Of a DNA stretch of 64,000 nucleotides, positions 36,165-47,339 are shown in pieces; positions within the stretch are counted from its first letter, which is position 1; every line of letters starts with the position of its first letter. Position numbers and translations under genes: made by a program. Location: NCBI RefSeq assembly GCF_001447785.1, contig NW_015164198.1:202828-266827 (forward strand). Direction: 5' to 3'. A model generated the notes under the pieces. The model did not search any database. It was given only the letters and a program-made list of their open reading frames with translations, and was not told the DNA's origin. Source of the stretch: Gekko japonicus. Lineage: Eukaryota.

Positions 36165-38197
36165 TGTGAAACAGGGATCAAATTGAGCATTCAGTGGGAA
36201 AGCTCCACCACCAAATTCGTGAGCTCATCAAGAGTGGCATTGGTCAACTATAAACCAAGTTTCCCAGTTAGCCTTTGGAGCTATGGGATTGATGGTGAGT
36301 GGGAGGGAGAAAATGAACCCCCAGACTGCTGGAAATAATGCACTGAAAAGACACAATACTTGGTTTCTTCCAAACTGCAAGGAAGGTTGTGTTAAAAGAG
36401 CTGGCTGATCATTATTTCACAATCTGGGTAACACAGAAATATCTCTTTGTTTGGCCTGTTCTCATGACACAATATTAGCCTTGGGGTATATCGTCCTATG
36501 TGACTGATCCTTGCCCAGTCAGCCATTTGGTAAATGAACAGCAATCAAGAAAGTGAGTTGTGGTTCCTGGAATGGGAAATTTTAGTAAGCTGGTGTTGGG
36601 CATGGTGACCACACATCCGTTTACAGAGAAGCAAACAGAAGGAAGGAAGAAGCAGTGGCCCTTTCTGCACTCTCCTTTTAATCCATGTTCACCACGGTGT
36701 CCTCAAAGCAATTCTGCACTAAAATTGAGTTCAGCCTTCTTTTTATTCTGGGGTCCCCCCCCCCATTCTGCATTACATTACCTCCCTGTTTCAGCCTGCT
36801 GTTGCCCAGGGTTATTTGGATGCTGTTTTGCTGTGGACTTAAATTGCCTTGACTCAAACACTGAGAAAATCCAGAGTGGCAGGCAAATGTGGAAAGGACC
36901 AAGAACTTTCCCCGGTCCCTATTCCTCATGTGGTTGCTGCTGGTCATTGGTCATAGCTTTGTTACTGTTGTTAGGGAATCTTACAAAATTGTACAGTACA
37001 CTACAACTTTACTGTTGACTTCTCTCTGTTCTTCCAGGGAAGTGTGCCACTATGTTTTTCCCCCTACAGACTTAGAGGCACGTAGAAGGAAAATGTTTAC
37101 CTAGAACTTAACATTTCAAAATGTCTTTGATAGGATTCTGTGTTCTATCCTTTCTTCAGGCTTCACCAGAGCTTGGCCCCCCTTTCTCAAATTACACTGA
37201 CAGCAGCCTTTTGGGCACATGTCTTTTGTTCATCAACATGGTAAAATAGGGAACACACCAACTAAACACAAACCCTGGCCAAATGTTTTCCTTATAAAAA
37301 GGAAAGATTGCTTGATTTAATGTGATGCTACAGTGTACGGAATCAATCAAGCAACTGTTTAATGGTTTCCAAATACTATGAATGGTTCTAAGGAAGTGCT
37401 GATTATGGTTGCAGTCCTCTGTGTAACTTATTTCAGAATAAGTCTCCCTAAATTCCGCAGAATTCAGTTGTACCAGGGTTGTGAGACCTTGAGGCTCCAG
37501 TGGTGGGCATGGGTAGAAATTGCCTCACTGTGATGTCACAACATCATTTCTAGGTGGGGAAAAATAAAAACAGTTGACATTACTGTGTCAAGATGAATGC
37601 TCTAGGAATCATAGCCATCCATATGGTTTGACCATAGAGATCCAGGGGATTCCTAGAGCATCACCACAACATTGTGGTATCACTGCCAGTTTTTCAGCTG
37701 GAAATGACGAGGCATTGCACAATACTGTCCCCCCCCCATTTCCCCCTACTGCTCATTTGAGCAGCAACAGGGACCAAGGAGAATCAGTGGGAGCCCTTCC
37801 ACCTGAAGCAGGTAAGGGGCATCCAAATCCTTAAATGAAAACACAAGACAGCCATATTTGGATTAAACTGGGTTTAAAAGGCTAATCAATATCATTACAT
37901 GTTCACTGCTCTGACTTCATTGATTTGAAATTGTGTAATCCACCTAGAGTGTGAAAGACAGTTTATTGATGAAGTTAAATAAATAAATAAATAAATGTGG
38001 ATTTCTACATGGATCTTCTTTTAAAAGTGTGTGGCTGGTTTAACACCCCCCCCCCACATTTCAGCCAGGAAAGAAAGGGATTTGTCCACAGGGTGGGAAG
38101 AATCCTAGGGTAAAACATGGTTGCACTTACCTGTAACTGATGTTCGAGTGTCTTCTGTGCTGGCACACATGGGACTGCCTGAAGGCAGGCCTGCCAC

Positions 38198-38587
38198 CAG
38201 GGCCGGCCCGAGGTTTTTTTGCACCCTAGGCGGGGCTACCTTCTGGCACCCCCCGTGCACCCAATTATGGGGTTGCCAACCTCCAGGCAGAGCCTGGAGA
38301 GAAGGAAGTCCTACTTCTCTCCCCCTTTAGGCGAGCAAGGAGGCAGCGGCGAGGTTTCCGGGAACCCAAACCAAAACACCCCACATTTGGATTTACAAAA
38401 GCTGACCCCGGACGGAGGGGGAAGGCGAGGCAGCCTTGTGCTCCTCTTTCGCGCGCCCCCATGCCACATGGCTGGGAGCAGCAATAGCACGTGGGCTTTT
38501 GGCGGGGGGAGGCACAATTCGGCACCCCATCCAGGGCCCGGCACTTTAGGCGAATGCCTAGTTCGCCTAGTGGGTGAGCCGGCCATG
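38198..38587. mobile_element. hAT MITE nested in the DIRS right ITR
   Basis: TIR CAGGGCCGGC...GCCGGCCATG; 8-bp TSD CCTGCCAC at 38190-38197 and 38588-38595; the left ITR has a single empty site. Confidence 0.92.
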
Positions 38588-38792
38588 CCTGCCACGGAAG
38601 AACATTCCAAGAGCTTCCTCAATCTTCTAGAGCACTGAGTCCCCCTCCCCTCGCAGAGAAATTGCGAAAGGTTTCTCTTTCCCGCCCATTTGGTCATGTG
38701 ACGAGGGGAGGGGGAGGCACCTCTCTCTCTCAGTCCTAACCTGCCGCCGTGGAGAAGTAGAATTATCGTCCACAGCGGGGAAGGAGGGAGGG

Positions 38793-38888
38793 ATGTGTGC
38801 CAGCACAGAAGACACTTGATGAACAACAGTTATAGGTAAGTGCAACCATGTTTTCATCATCGTGTCTTCTGTGCAGTCCCACATGGGA
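38793..38888. repeat. DIRS internal complementary region (ICR)
   Basis: 38793-38854 is the reverse complement of 38112-38170, and 38853-38888 is the reverse complement of 42663-42698. Confidence 0.92.
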
Positions 38889-38929
38889 GTTTAGCAAGCT
38901 ACACATGACACGGAGGCATTTGTGGTCGA

Positions 38930-39030
38930 AACCGTTCTTTTAAGTAACGATTGTAACACTGCAGTACCCATAGCCTCCTGTTGAGAATCAACATCAAATG
39001 CATAATGTTTTATGAACATCAGAGGTGACA
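38930..39030 (-). pseudogene. DIRS tyrosine recombinase, C-terminal remnant only
   Basis: SPLMFIKHYAFDVDSQQEAMGTAVLQSLL resembles the F..HY end of DIRS YR; the rest of the domain is absent. Confidence 0.7.
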
Positions 39031-39100
39031 ATCCTGGTACCCTTGGTAGAGGGCAAAGCTTGTGCTGGGCTAGGGATAGTAGCAACGGGAACCCGGGGTG

Positions 39101-40389
39101 TCAAGGCCATAGCGGGGCTATTAAAATGCACTTGGTTCCATCCTGGACTAACTTTGTTAGTACCCCAGGCAATAGGGGAAAGGGTGGGAAGGCGTAGAAC
39201 AGGTTGCCTGACCATCTCGGGAGAAAGCCCTCTCCTAGACAGGTCCCCTGTCTTTGTGACCTTGTGCAGAACAGCGGGCACCTGGTGTTTGCGGTTGACG
39301 CAAAAAGATCTATGTCTGGGAACCCCCATGCTTGAAATATCGGGTCCAGGTATCTGAGAGGGATGGACCACTCGTGGGCCCTTAGTACCCTTCTGCTCAA
39401 TATATCCGCTAGGGTATCTTGGCGACCCGGGACATGTATGGCTATCAGGTGAAGGGCGTATCTCACTGCTCTGAGTTCGAGTCTATTGATATGAAATTCA
39501 GTTTCATGACAGGACCACTGACCACTCAATTGTCTAGTTTCACAGTGTGTTCCCCATCCTTACAATGACGTGTCTGTGAAGACCTGCATGTCGGGTAGTA
39601 TGGGCCCTATGACAAATTGCAATCCTGTATCCACCAATCAAGTGAATTCAGGATTGGTCGTGGGATGGACAAGAACCTCCGTTGGGAGTCTGACTCAGAG
39701 GTGTAATTTCTTATAAACCAGTTTTGTAATGGCCTCATGCGTAGCCCGGCATAAATGACCGTGGCTGTCGTGGATGCCATCAGGCCTAGCAGCCTTTGTA
39801 TGTGCAAAGCTGTCTGACACCGTTTGCAAAGAATGGCCCTGGTTCTCTCCGTGGGTAAAGAAAAAACGTTCTATGAGCTACTGGGTCTAACCTTGCCCCT
39901 ATGAACAGTATAGACTGAGCAGGTGTGAGTTTAGATTTCGAGAAGTTAATGACAATACTCCACCATTGTAGAGTTTGCAGTGTGAATTGAATCTGCTCTA
40001 GGAGTAACTGCTTGGACTCAGATACCAGCAACCAATCATCCAAATATGCGTATATCGCACATCCGTGAAGTGAAAAGTAAGCCACTATTCAATCCTCTCA
40101 AATCCAAGATGGGTCTAAGACCACCCTTCTTCTTCTTAATCAAGAAGCAATTAGAATAAACACCACAGTTCCCCTCATCATTAGGGACTACCTCTAGAAC
40201 ACCTTTAGGCAAGAGTGTCTGAATCTCCATGTTCAAAGCATCATCTTGTCTAAGTGAGGTGAGAATCTCAAATGACACAGGCGGGCTATATTTAAACTCA
40301 AGAAAATAACCAACTTTTATTATTTTCAAAAACCAAGTATCTGAACCTATCATAGACCAACTGTGGTGAAGAGAGGGGGAATTTCTCAT
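39101..40389 (-). pseudogene. DIRS pol: RT, RNase H and Dam-like methyltransferase, with frameshifts, stops and deletions
   Basis: RT: FLIKKKKGGLRPILDLRGLN and AYLDDWLL. RNase H: FTDTS.*GWG, HINRLELRAV, HVPGRQDTLADILSR. MT: DIDLFAS...YAFPPFPLL...ILIAPLWP. Confidence 0.92.
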
Positions 40390-42379
40390 TGAGAATCCCT
40401 AGAACGGGAGAAACCTCCTCCAGGGGAGCGAGAATGCATACCACGCTGCCTAGGCTGTTGACGTTTAGACAGGTACGGTTGCTGAAAGGCGCCTCTGAAA
40501 GGTTGAGAGGCAGTAGTTGAAAAGCGGTAGCCCTTCCCCGTATTAGGGAGTTGGAAGTGCCTAGGAAAATACCCTGGCTTTGAAGGCTGTTGTTGTGAGG
40601 TTAATCCCAGCGATCTGGCAGTGAATTTTGTCTTTCTAACTTTCTCTAGTACCTCGTCAGTTGACTCGCTAAAGAGGAGCTTGCCCTCGAAAGGCAGATC
40701 CTCGACACGAGCTCTCGTGTCTGGGGGTAGGGCAGAAGTTTGCAGCCATGAATGTCTGCAGAGAACTATGGCCGAAGAATTTACTTTGCTGGCTGCATCC
40801 GCAGAATGTCTAGCTGCATTGAGTTCCTGCCTGGCTAAACGAGCGCCCTCGGCTTGTACCTGTTTGGCTTGATCTCTCTTATCGTCAGCCAAGGCATTTA
40901 AAAATGGGGTCAACTGTTCCCATAACATAACCTGATATCTGGACACGATAGCTTTAAAGTTAGCTATTCTCAGGGTCAGCACTCCGGAGGTATAAATTTT
41001 TCTCCCTAAAACATCTAGCTTCCTACCTTCCTTGTCTAAAGGGGAGGATTTTGGGCCACCCGTCTGTTTAGATGGAATCACCTCAGCCACTATTGGGCTG
41101 AGGATGGTGGTATAAAAAGAAGGCATCATCCTTCGTGATTTTGTAGAGGTTTTCTACCTTCCTAGCAGAACCCGTGACTAAAGCCGGTCTTGCCCAGTTA
41201 TTACGGGTAATTTCCCTAATGCCCTTTACCAAGGGAATAGCCACTGGCCCTGAATCATTGGAGTATAAAATTCCTAAGACTGGATCCTCCTCCAAAGGTT
41301 TGGGGGAGACATAATCAATCTTAAGGGCCTTAACCATACGAAGGAGTTGTTCGGAATAAACCCGCAAGTCCTGTGTAGGAGATATCGGAGTGGGATCGCC
41401 CACGGTATCATCTGGAGATGGAAGACAGGTATGCTCTGAGTCTGAGTTAGTCTCGATGTCAGAGGCCTGTTTAGAATGTAGCAGCTCTGGCTGCAAAGCA
41501 TCGTCCTGTCTCTCTGGGGAACTTGGACGCGTGGTGGACCGAGACCTAGCTCGACCTGTGGCGTGGCTTAGGGCACAAAGATTGTGCGACGTAGGAGGAG
41601 TACGGTACCAAGGTGGCAAAAACCATGGGGGAGCATGTTCCCAATCAGGAGGATAACCCCCTGAAGTGGCCTCTCCTCTCCTGCTGCCGGAAGAGCAAGA
41701 CCTGGAGGATTTGCAAGACGACTGAAGGCTGATGACGTCAGGCTTTGGTCCTGAAGGTGAATCTGGGGAGCGTGTATGACGCCAACGGAACTCTTCTGGG
41801 CTCGACGTCGAAGAGCGTTGACGTCGAGAGCTCAGAGATCGACATTGAATCGACCGCGAACGCCTTGACGTTGATGCGGTTGGAGGAGAGGTCTGACGGT
41901 TCGTCGACGTTGAGGCGGCATCAACGTTGATCGCCTTTGCCACTGCGGATACTGACGGCTCCGACGACGGACGCAACGGCGTAGACGGCGTGATTGCCCT
42001 TGTGCTTTTCGTAGGCACTTTTGGGGACTTAGTCTTGCCCGTTTTTGCCTTTTTCGAAGGCGGCTGGGCTGAAACGGATTTCCTCCGATCTTTCCCTGCC
42101 GAGCTTTGCTTCAGCTTGTGGGATTTAATAGGACTCTTAGAAGAGTCATTCACAAGTCCTGAGGGAGAGGGAGTGCTGGGTCCGACCGACAAAGCTTGCT
42201 CCCAAAGGGCCGCTTTATGTCTCAGTGCCCTGTCTTTTTTTATTTCTAGGGGTTAACATACCACAAATCTCACAGGAGCTGTTATTGTGGCCTTCTCCCA
42301 GGCACAGGAGGCACTTGAGGTGATCATCTGTGGTAGCCATTTTCATTCCACAAGCTTGACATTTTTTGAACAAAGCCAT
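40386..42379 (-). pseudogene. DIRS gag-like ORF1 (N-terminal Cys/His finger, Ser/Arg-rich linker, LAP2alpha-like C-domain), 2 frameshifts
   Basis: ATG at 42379 gives MALFKKCQACGMKMATTDDHLKCLLCLGEGHNNSSCEIC; continues in ORFs 41083-42192 and 40386-41129 (DKEGRKLDVLGRK...RHSWL...DLPFEGKLLF). Confidence 0.85.
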
Positions 42380-42711
42380 GGAACTCCAAACGTTTAAGGT
42401 AAGTTTTCTGAGGAAAATCAGCTTTTGTTTTAAATCCTTTACACTGAGGTAAGTAGCTGTAGCTCTGGAGACGTCCTTCCTTCACGGCAGCAAAAAAAGG
42501 ACTGAGAGAGAGAGGTGCCTCCCCCTCACCTCGTCACGTGACCAAATGGGCGGGAAAGAGAAACCTTTCGCAATTTCTCTGTGAGGGGAGGGGGACTCAA
42601 TGCTCTAGAAGATTGAGGAAGCTCTTGGAATGTTCTTCCGCGGCAGGCCTGCCTTCAGGCAGTCCCATGTGGGACTGCACAGAAGACACGATGATGAAGA
42701 CTGTGTTTAAT

Positions 42712-43036
42712 GGTTTCCCTTGCTCAAAAGCCAGTCGAATCTGACTCTAGGGGGTGGTGCTCATTTCTGTTTCCAAGCCAAAGAGCCAGTACCGTCTGAA
42801 CACTGCTCCGTGGTCCTGTGGCTGGCATTACTAAATGCCGAGGTGCATGGAATGCTGTTACCTTCCCTCTGAAGCACTACCTATTTATCTATTTGCAATT
42901 TCTTGCTTTCGAGCTGCCAGACTGGCAAGAGCTGGGGCCAGAGACAGGAGCTCACTCCATCACGCGACACTCGGGTCTTGAACTGAAGGTCTGCAGCTCA
43001 GCTCAGCGTCTTAACCTCTAAGCCAACACAGCCCCC
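42712..43036 (-). mobile_element. Sauria-type SINE (Squam1-like), degenerate
   Basis: CCAGTCGAATCTGACTCTAGGGGGTGGTGCTCATTTC...TGTTACCTTCCC...TACCTATTTATCTA...GCTTTCGAGCTGC matches the Sauria SINE layout in reverse. Confidence 0.8.
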
Positions 43037-43430
43037 AGACTGATTACACAAGGTAAAACAGCCTACTTGGGCTTCAATTGACTACATTCAGCATCATCAT
43101 AAATTTACCTCAACACTGTAAGGTCTGCTGAGTATTTCTGTCTGCTCTCAGCCTTTAAAGAGAACTGTGCTTCTTATCTGGGTTTTGAGAGATACTTTGG
43201 ACTTTGCTGCCCTTTATTTCCCACATGAGATGAATCTCCATTTTTTACTTCCTCTTCCCAGGATGCAAGTGCTAAAATTGGACACCAGCAGCAATTCAAA
43301 AGGAAAAACCCACATCGCTTAATCACAAATAATGCTAACAAGAACTGTGGTCTAAAGACGAGAACCTGAAAAACCTTTTCCCCCTCCCTGGTTGTTTTTT
43401 TTTTTTTTTTGGGGGGGGGTGACATCTAAC

Positions 43431-43495
43431 CTGATGAGGAGATCTGGTGAGCTCAGAAACTTGCACAATGTTTTGCATCACTTTGGTTAGTCCTA
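43431..43495 (+). mobile_element. Penelope-like remnant with decayed hammerhead core
   Basis: CTGATGAG-GAG-ATCTGGTGAG-CTC-AGAAACTTGCAC...TTGGTTAGTCCTAATA. Confidence 0.45.
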
Positions 43496-43787
43496 ATAAT
43501 ACTTCTTGTTGTTATCATTTTGCAAATAGCCTGCATCCTTTAGTGCCTCAGGGTACTCACCAGTTAACACCAGCTGTGTGGAACAGTCTGCATTCCATGT
43601 TGTACATCACACTGAGCACTGTTCCTACAGGGGAGGGTGGTTTAAAATCCAATTTCAGAAATAAATAAATAATATTACTGCCGTCCCTACTTTTGGCCTA
43701 ACCAGTCACAATATCTTATCTATAAACATCACCACACAAGAACAATGTGAAGCAAGCAAAAAATGGTCCCCTACTTAGGGTTGTGAG

Positions 43788-44045
43788 TAGGGCTGCCAAG
43801 CCGCGGCGGGGGATCAGCACGTCTTCACAGGATCCCTGCTGCGGGGAACAGCGATACACGTTGCACCGCCATCGCCAGGATGTGACGCTATGCATCGCTC
43901 TGGCAACGGGGCTGTTTGGAGTCCCGTTGCCAGAGTGACGTATAGCGTCACATCCTGGCGACGGCGGTGCAATGTGTATCGTTGTCCCCCGTGGCAGGGA
44001 TCCTGTGAAGACGTGCAGATCCTCTGCCGTGGCTTGGCAGCCCTA
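43788..44045. mobile_element. Fully palindromic 258-bp hAT MITE
   Basis: TAGGGCTGCCAAGCC...GGCTTGGCAGCCCTA; the arms pair along their whole length around a short loop at ~43913-43920; 8-bp TSD GTTGTGAG at 43780-43787 and 44046-44053. Confidence 0.93.
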
Positions 44046-44086
44046 GTTGTGAGTACCCCCCCGCCTCTGTCAAGGGGGCCTTAAGT

Positions 44087-44445
44087 GTTGCCATCTCCAG
44101 GTTGGGAAATGCCTGGAGATTTGGGGTGGAGCCGGGGGGTGGACAGAGACCTCACTGGGGCACAATGTCGTAGAGCAGGGGTGGCTAAACTTGCTTAATG
44201 TAACAGCCACACAGAATAAATGTCAGATGTTTGAGTGCCGCAAGACATGAACAAATATCACACACAGATTTTTATTGAAAAATATGCAGATTTGCTTTCT
44301 ATTAACATTAAATTAGACTGTGTGAAAGAGCCGCACTCCTGAAGTGCAATTTGACCACCCCTGTCATAAAGTCTACCCTCTAAAGAATCTGTTTTCTCCA
44401 GGAGAACTGATCTCTGTTGTCTGGAGATGAGCTGTAATTCTGAGC
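44087..44445. mobile_element. TAGGGTTGCC-family MITE remnant interrupted by 44176-44363
   Basis: GTTGCCATCTCCAGGTTGGGAAATGCCTGGAGATTTGGGGTGGAGCC... similar to 20894-21111. Confidence 0.6.
44176..44363. mobile_element. hAT MITE (CAGGGGTGG TIR)
   Basis: CAGGGGTGGCTAAACTTGC...GCAATTTGACCACCCCTG; degenerate 8-bp TSD TCGTAGAG/TCATAAAG. Confidence 0.75.
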
Positions 44446-46886
44446 CAACTGTAGGATGCCAAACAGCCCTACTCAGCCCCTGAAGGTCACCACTTAAGTA
44501 TATGTTGCCCCAGGATGAGGGTGGGTGGGTCAGTAGCACACAGCAAATCAGCAAGCTGGAGCTCATTTTAAGGCACACTATCTAACCTTCCTATTGGCTG
44601 GCCCTAGTTGGAGCACTGCCGATAGCCTTTCATGTCACAGCAGAACAGAGGAGCTGGCACAACAGCATCCATGACTTCAATAGGTATGGATGAATTTCTG
44701 ATTAAAATGCACAGGAGTGGGCTGCATGACAATTACTGTCTCTTGCAAAATTTATCGAGCCGTCTAGTCAGCTGACAGGTAGGAGTTTAAAAGTGAATGC
44801 TACACAATGGACAAGAATGTTTTCACTATACAAAAGGACAGTCTGGAAAGCATAACCTTTTGACAGGGTGCAGGTTCAAGAGGAACATTTTCATAATTAA
44901 GATGGCTGCCCTGTTGCATACGCGATAGGTATATTTCCATAGCTGATATGAAATTCATTTTCTTCTTGCCACTCCACATGACACGACCCTTTGTTTGCTT
45001 AATGCATTAAGAGATCAATTTTGCAATCTATTTAAAACTGATCTTTCTTCACCACACCTAATCTTGTTTATATTACCTCTGTCAAAAACTGCAGCTTTTC
45101 TATGAAAATAAAAATCCTTTCCATCCTCTTTTGCCCTTTTACTGAGTAATCACTTATAACTTCTTGAGCAATATTATTATTTTCAATGTATTCAGTTCAG
45201 ATTAGGTACCGTTTCTCACCTTGTCTCTACAGACAAGTTTCTTATCAGAACTATGTTTGAATATGTGTTTGCTTTGGAGCTACTGCAAAAATTATTGCAC
45301 TGATTCTAAGTATATGGATTTCAGAAGCAGGTCCAAGTTAGTAGACTTAAGCCTACATGTCCAATCAGTCAGATCACATAGATGCAGAATAAATCAAAGG
45401 ATACACTTTCATAAGGCATCACAGATTAGAGTCAATTCCATTTTAAAAGTTAGAACTTCCTCCTGTTAGTTTGTCTTCTTTTGTAACTATCTGATTAGAA
45501 AAAATCCTTTTTCAATAGTTTGAGGAGGAAATCATCCATCATTATTAGAAATTATGGCTTGGATCCCATGACACCCTTCCACCAAGTTTTCCTCCAACAG
45601 AGGACTTCCTTCAATAAAGAAATACTTTTCTGACAGAGAAAGCCTTTCTCCACTAGAAAAAAACTCCATTGGAGAGGTTCTCTATCAAACAAAGATTTAA
45701 TTTTCTGAATAATACAATAACAGTAGGCAAAGCTAATATTTAGGAAAGGGTATGGTCATTAAGATTTTGTGAACCTTTAGGATGAAGGCGATAAACCATG
45801 AGGAGGAATGAGATTGTCTTGCAATGCAATGACACAATAAGTAAAATCTGTGCTTGGAATAAAGTAAACCTGCAGGATTCAATTTGTGACAGTATTGTCT
45901 AGTGTCAGCTTTAGATATTTTCACACCTGAAGTGAAAAACAACTGGAGCTCTCTCTCTTTCTTTTTTCTTTTTGGAATGGCAGATGGAGAGGCAGGAAAG
46001 TGATACCTGCTCTTGAAAGTGTTGCCCAAAGCAACTGTTTTATGTTATCTCCTAGAACTGGCCCTCAGTATGCTAGTTCCCACAGGGGAAGCAAATGCTA
46101 CAAGAGTCCCACTGTGTATGTGTTTTGATCCGCCTTCATGCCAGTGATGAAAAAATATTACATTAGGCCATCTGAATCGCAGAAGGGTTGTGATGACTGG
46201 GTGACTAGCATCTGTAATGCACACTGAAGTCAAGATGGAAGGAGCTTGATAGGAGTAAACAGAATGGTCATTATTTCATGTGCAGAAACCGATTACTCAT
46301 CCTAAGTGCATGCATATTGTATCAGTCAAGCAATCTGGTAATCAAAGAGTTTTTGAGCTGGAAAGGTTTGAAATGCATCTCTTCACATAATACAACCTCC
46401 TGAGCTTGTAATTTGTTCGCAAACATTTATGCATTATTCAGAGGTTTTTAATAATTTCGCCTGGCAACACATAAGTGTTTGTGTCAAGTAGAAAACTCTT
46501 CAAGATACAGGAAACAAGCCTGGTCCAAATTTCTGTTCTCCTAGGAATAGCAATTACAGGAATGCTTACTGTTTATCTCTCATGGATTTCAGTAGCAGTT
46601 TGCATATCACAGATCTGCACATATTTCTCCGATAATCTCTGAGGAAATGGCAAAAGGCAACTGCATCGCTCCAGTTTTCAGAGCAAAATTACCAAACAAA
46701 ACATCACTGTTGATGTAGGCTATAAACGATTCCGCCATTTTGTAGAGGCAGAGCTTGTCTGCCAGGATCTCAAGGTGATACTGCAGGAGGGTTGGGTCTA
46801 AGTGATGTAAGTCCATCTCCACTAGTATTGGACAGCCAAGGACGATATAGGAAGGGAGGGACTGTGGCTCAGTGGTAGAGTATCTG

Positions 46887-47330
46887 TGTTCTGGGTCAGC
46901 CAAGGCTCAGTGAGAGTGAGGACTCCTCAGGAGCCCCATGTAGCCAGTTTTGAGTCAGCACTCAGCAGAAGCCGGCAAGCAGGAAGGAGAGCTGCAAACT
47001 TGTCAGGATTCACAGTCAACAGCTGGTGCAGAACCATGAAACCTTTTAGCCCTGATTCAACAGGTGAAACTCAGTTGATCATTTCCAGCCTTACAGTATC
47101 ACCCACAACCTAAGAGCACTTCAGCCTGAAGCCAGCTCTTAGAGTAGTTGCAGGATTACTCCTGAGCAGCTGGCTCGAAGCATGACCCTTAAGCATATGG
47201 CTATAAAAACCAGCCAAGGGAGGCTGTTATTTGTGGAAGCAACAAGTCAATATCCTTCTGATTCAGTGGCCACCACATTGGATCTTGCTTCTACCCTGTG
47301 ACACTTTGGACCACTTCCTGACTCTGCCTG
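46887..47330 (+). mobile_element. Possible LTR fragment following a tRNA-SINE head (46855-46886)
   Basis: TG start right after a truncated SINE A box; TATA-like CTATAAAAA at 47201; no clean 3' end or TSD found. Confidence 0.4.
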
Positions 47331-47339
47331 TCACTTTTC

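Larger units (their letters stand above)
38112..42698 (-). mobile_element. DIRS1-type tyrosine-recombinase retrotransposon, complete termini, internally deleted
   Basis: Left ITR 42499-42698 is inverted relative to right ITR 38167-38737 (MITE-interrupted). rE 38112-38166 and ICR 38793-38888 match both termini. gag, RT, RNase H, MT and YR remnants present; no TSD. Confidence 0.95.
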
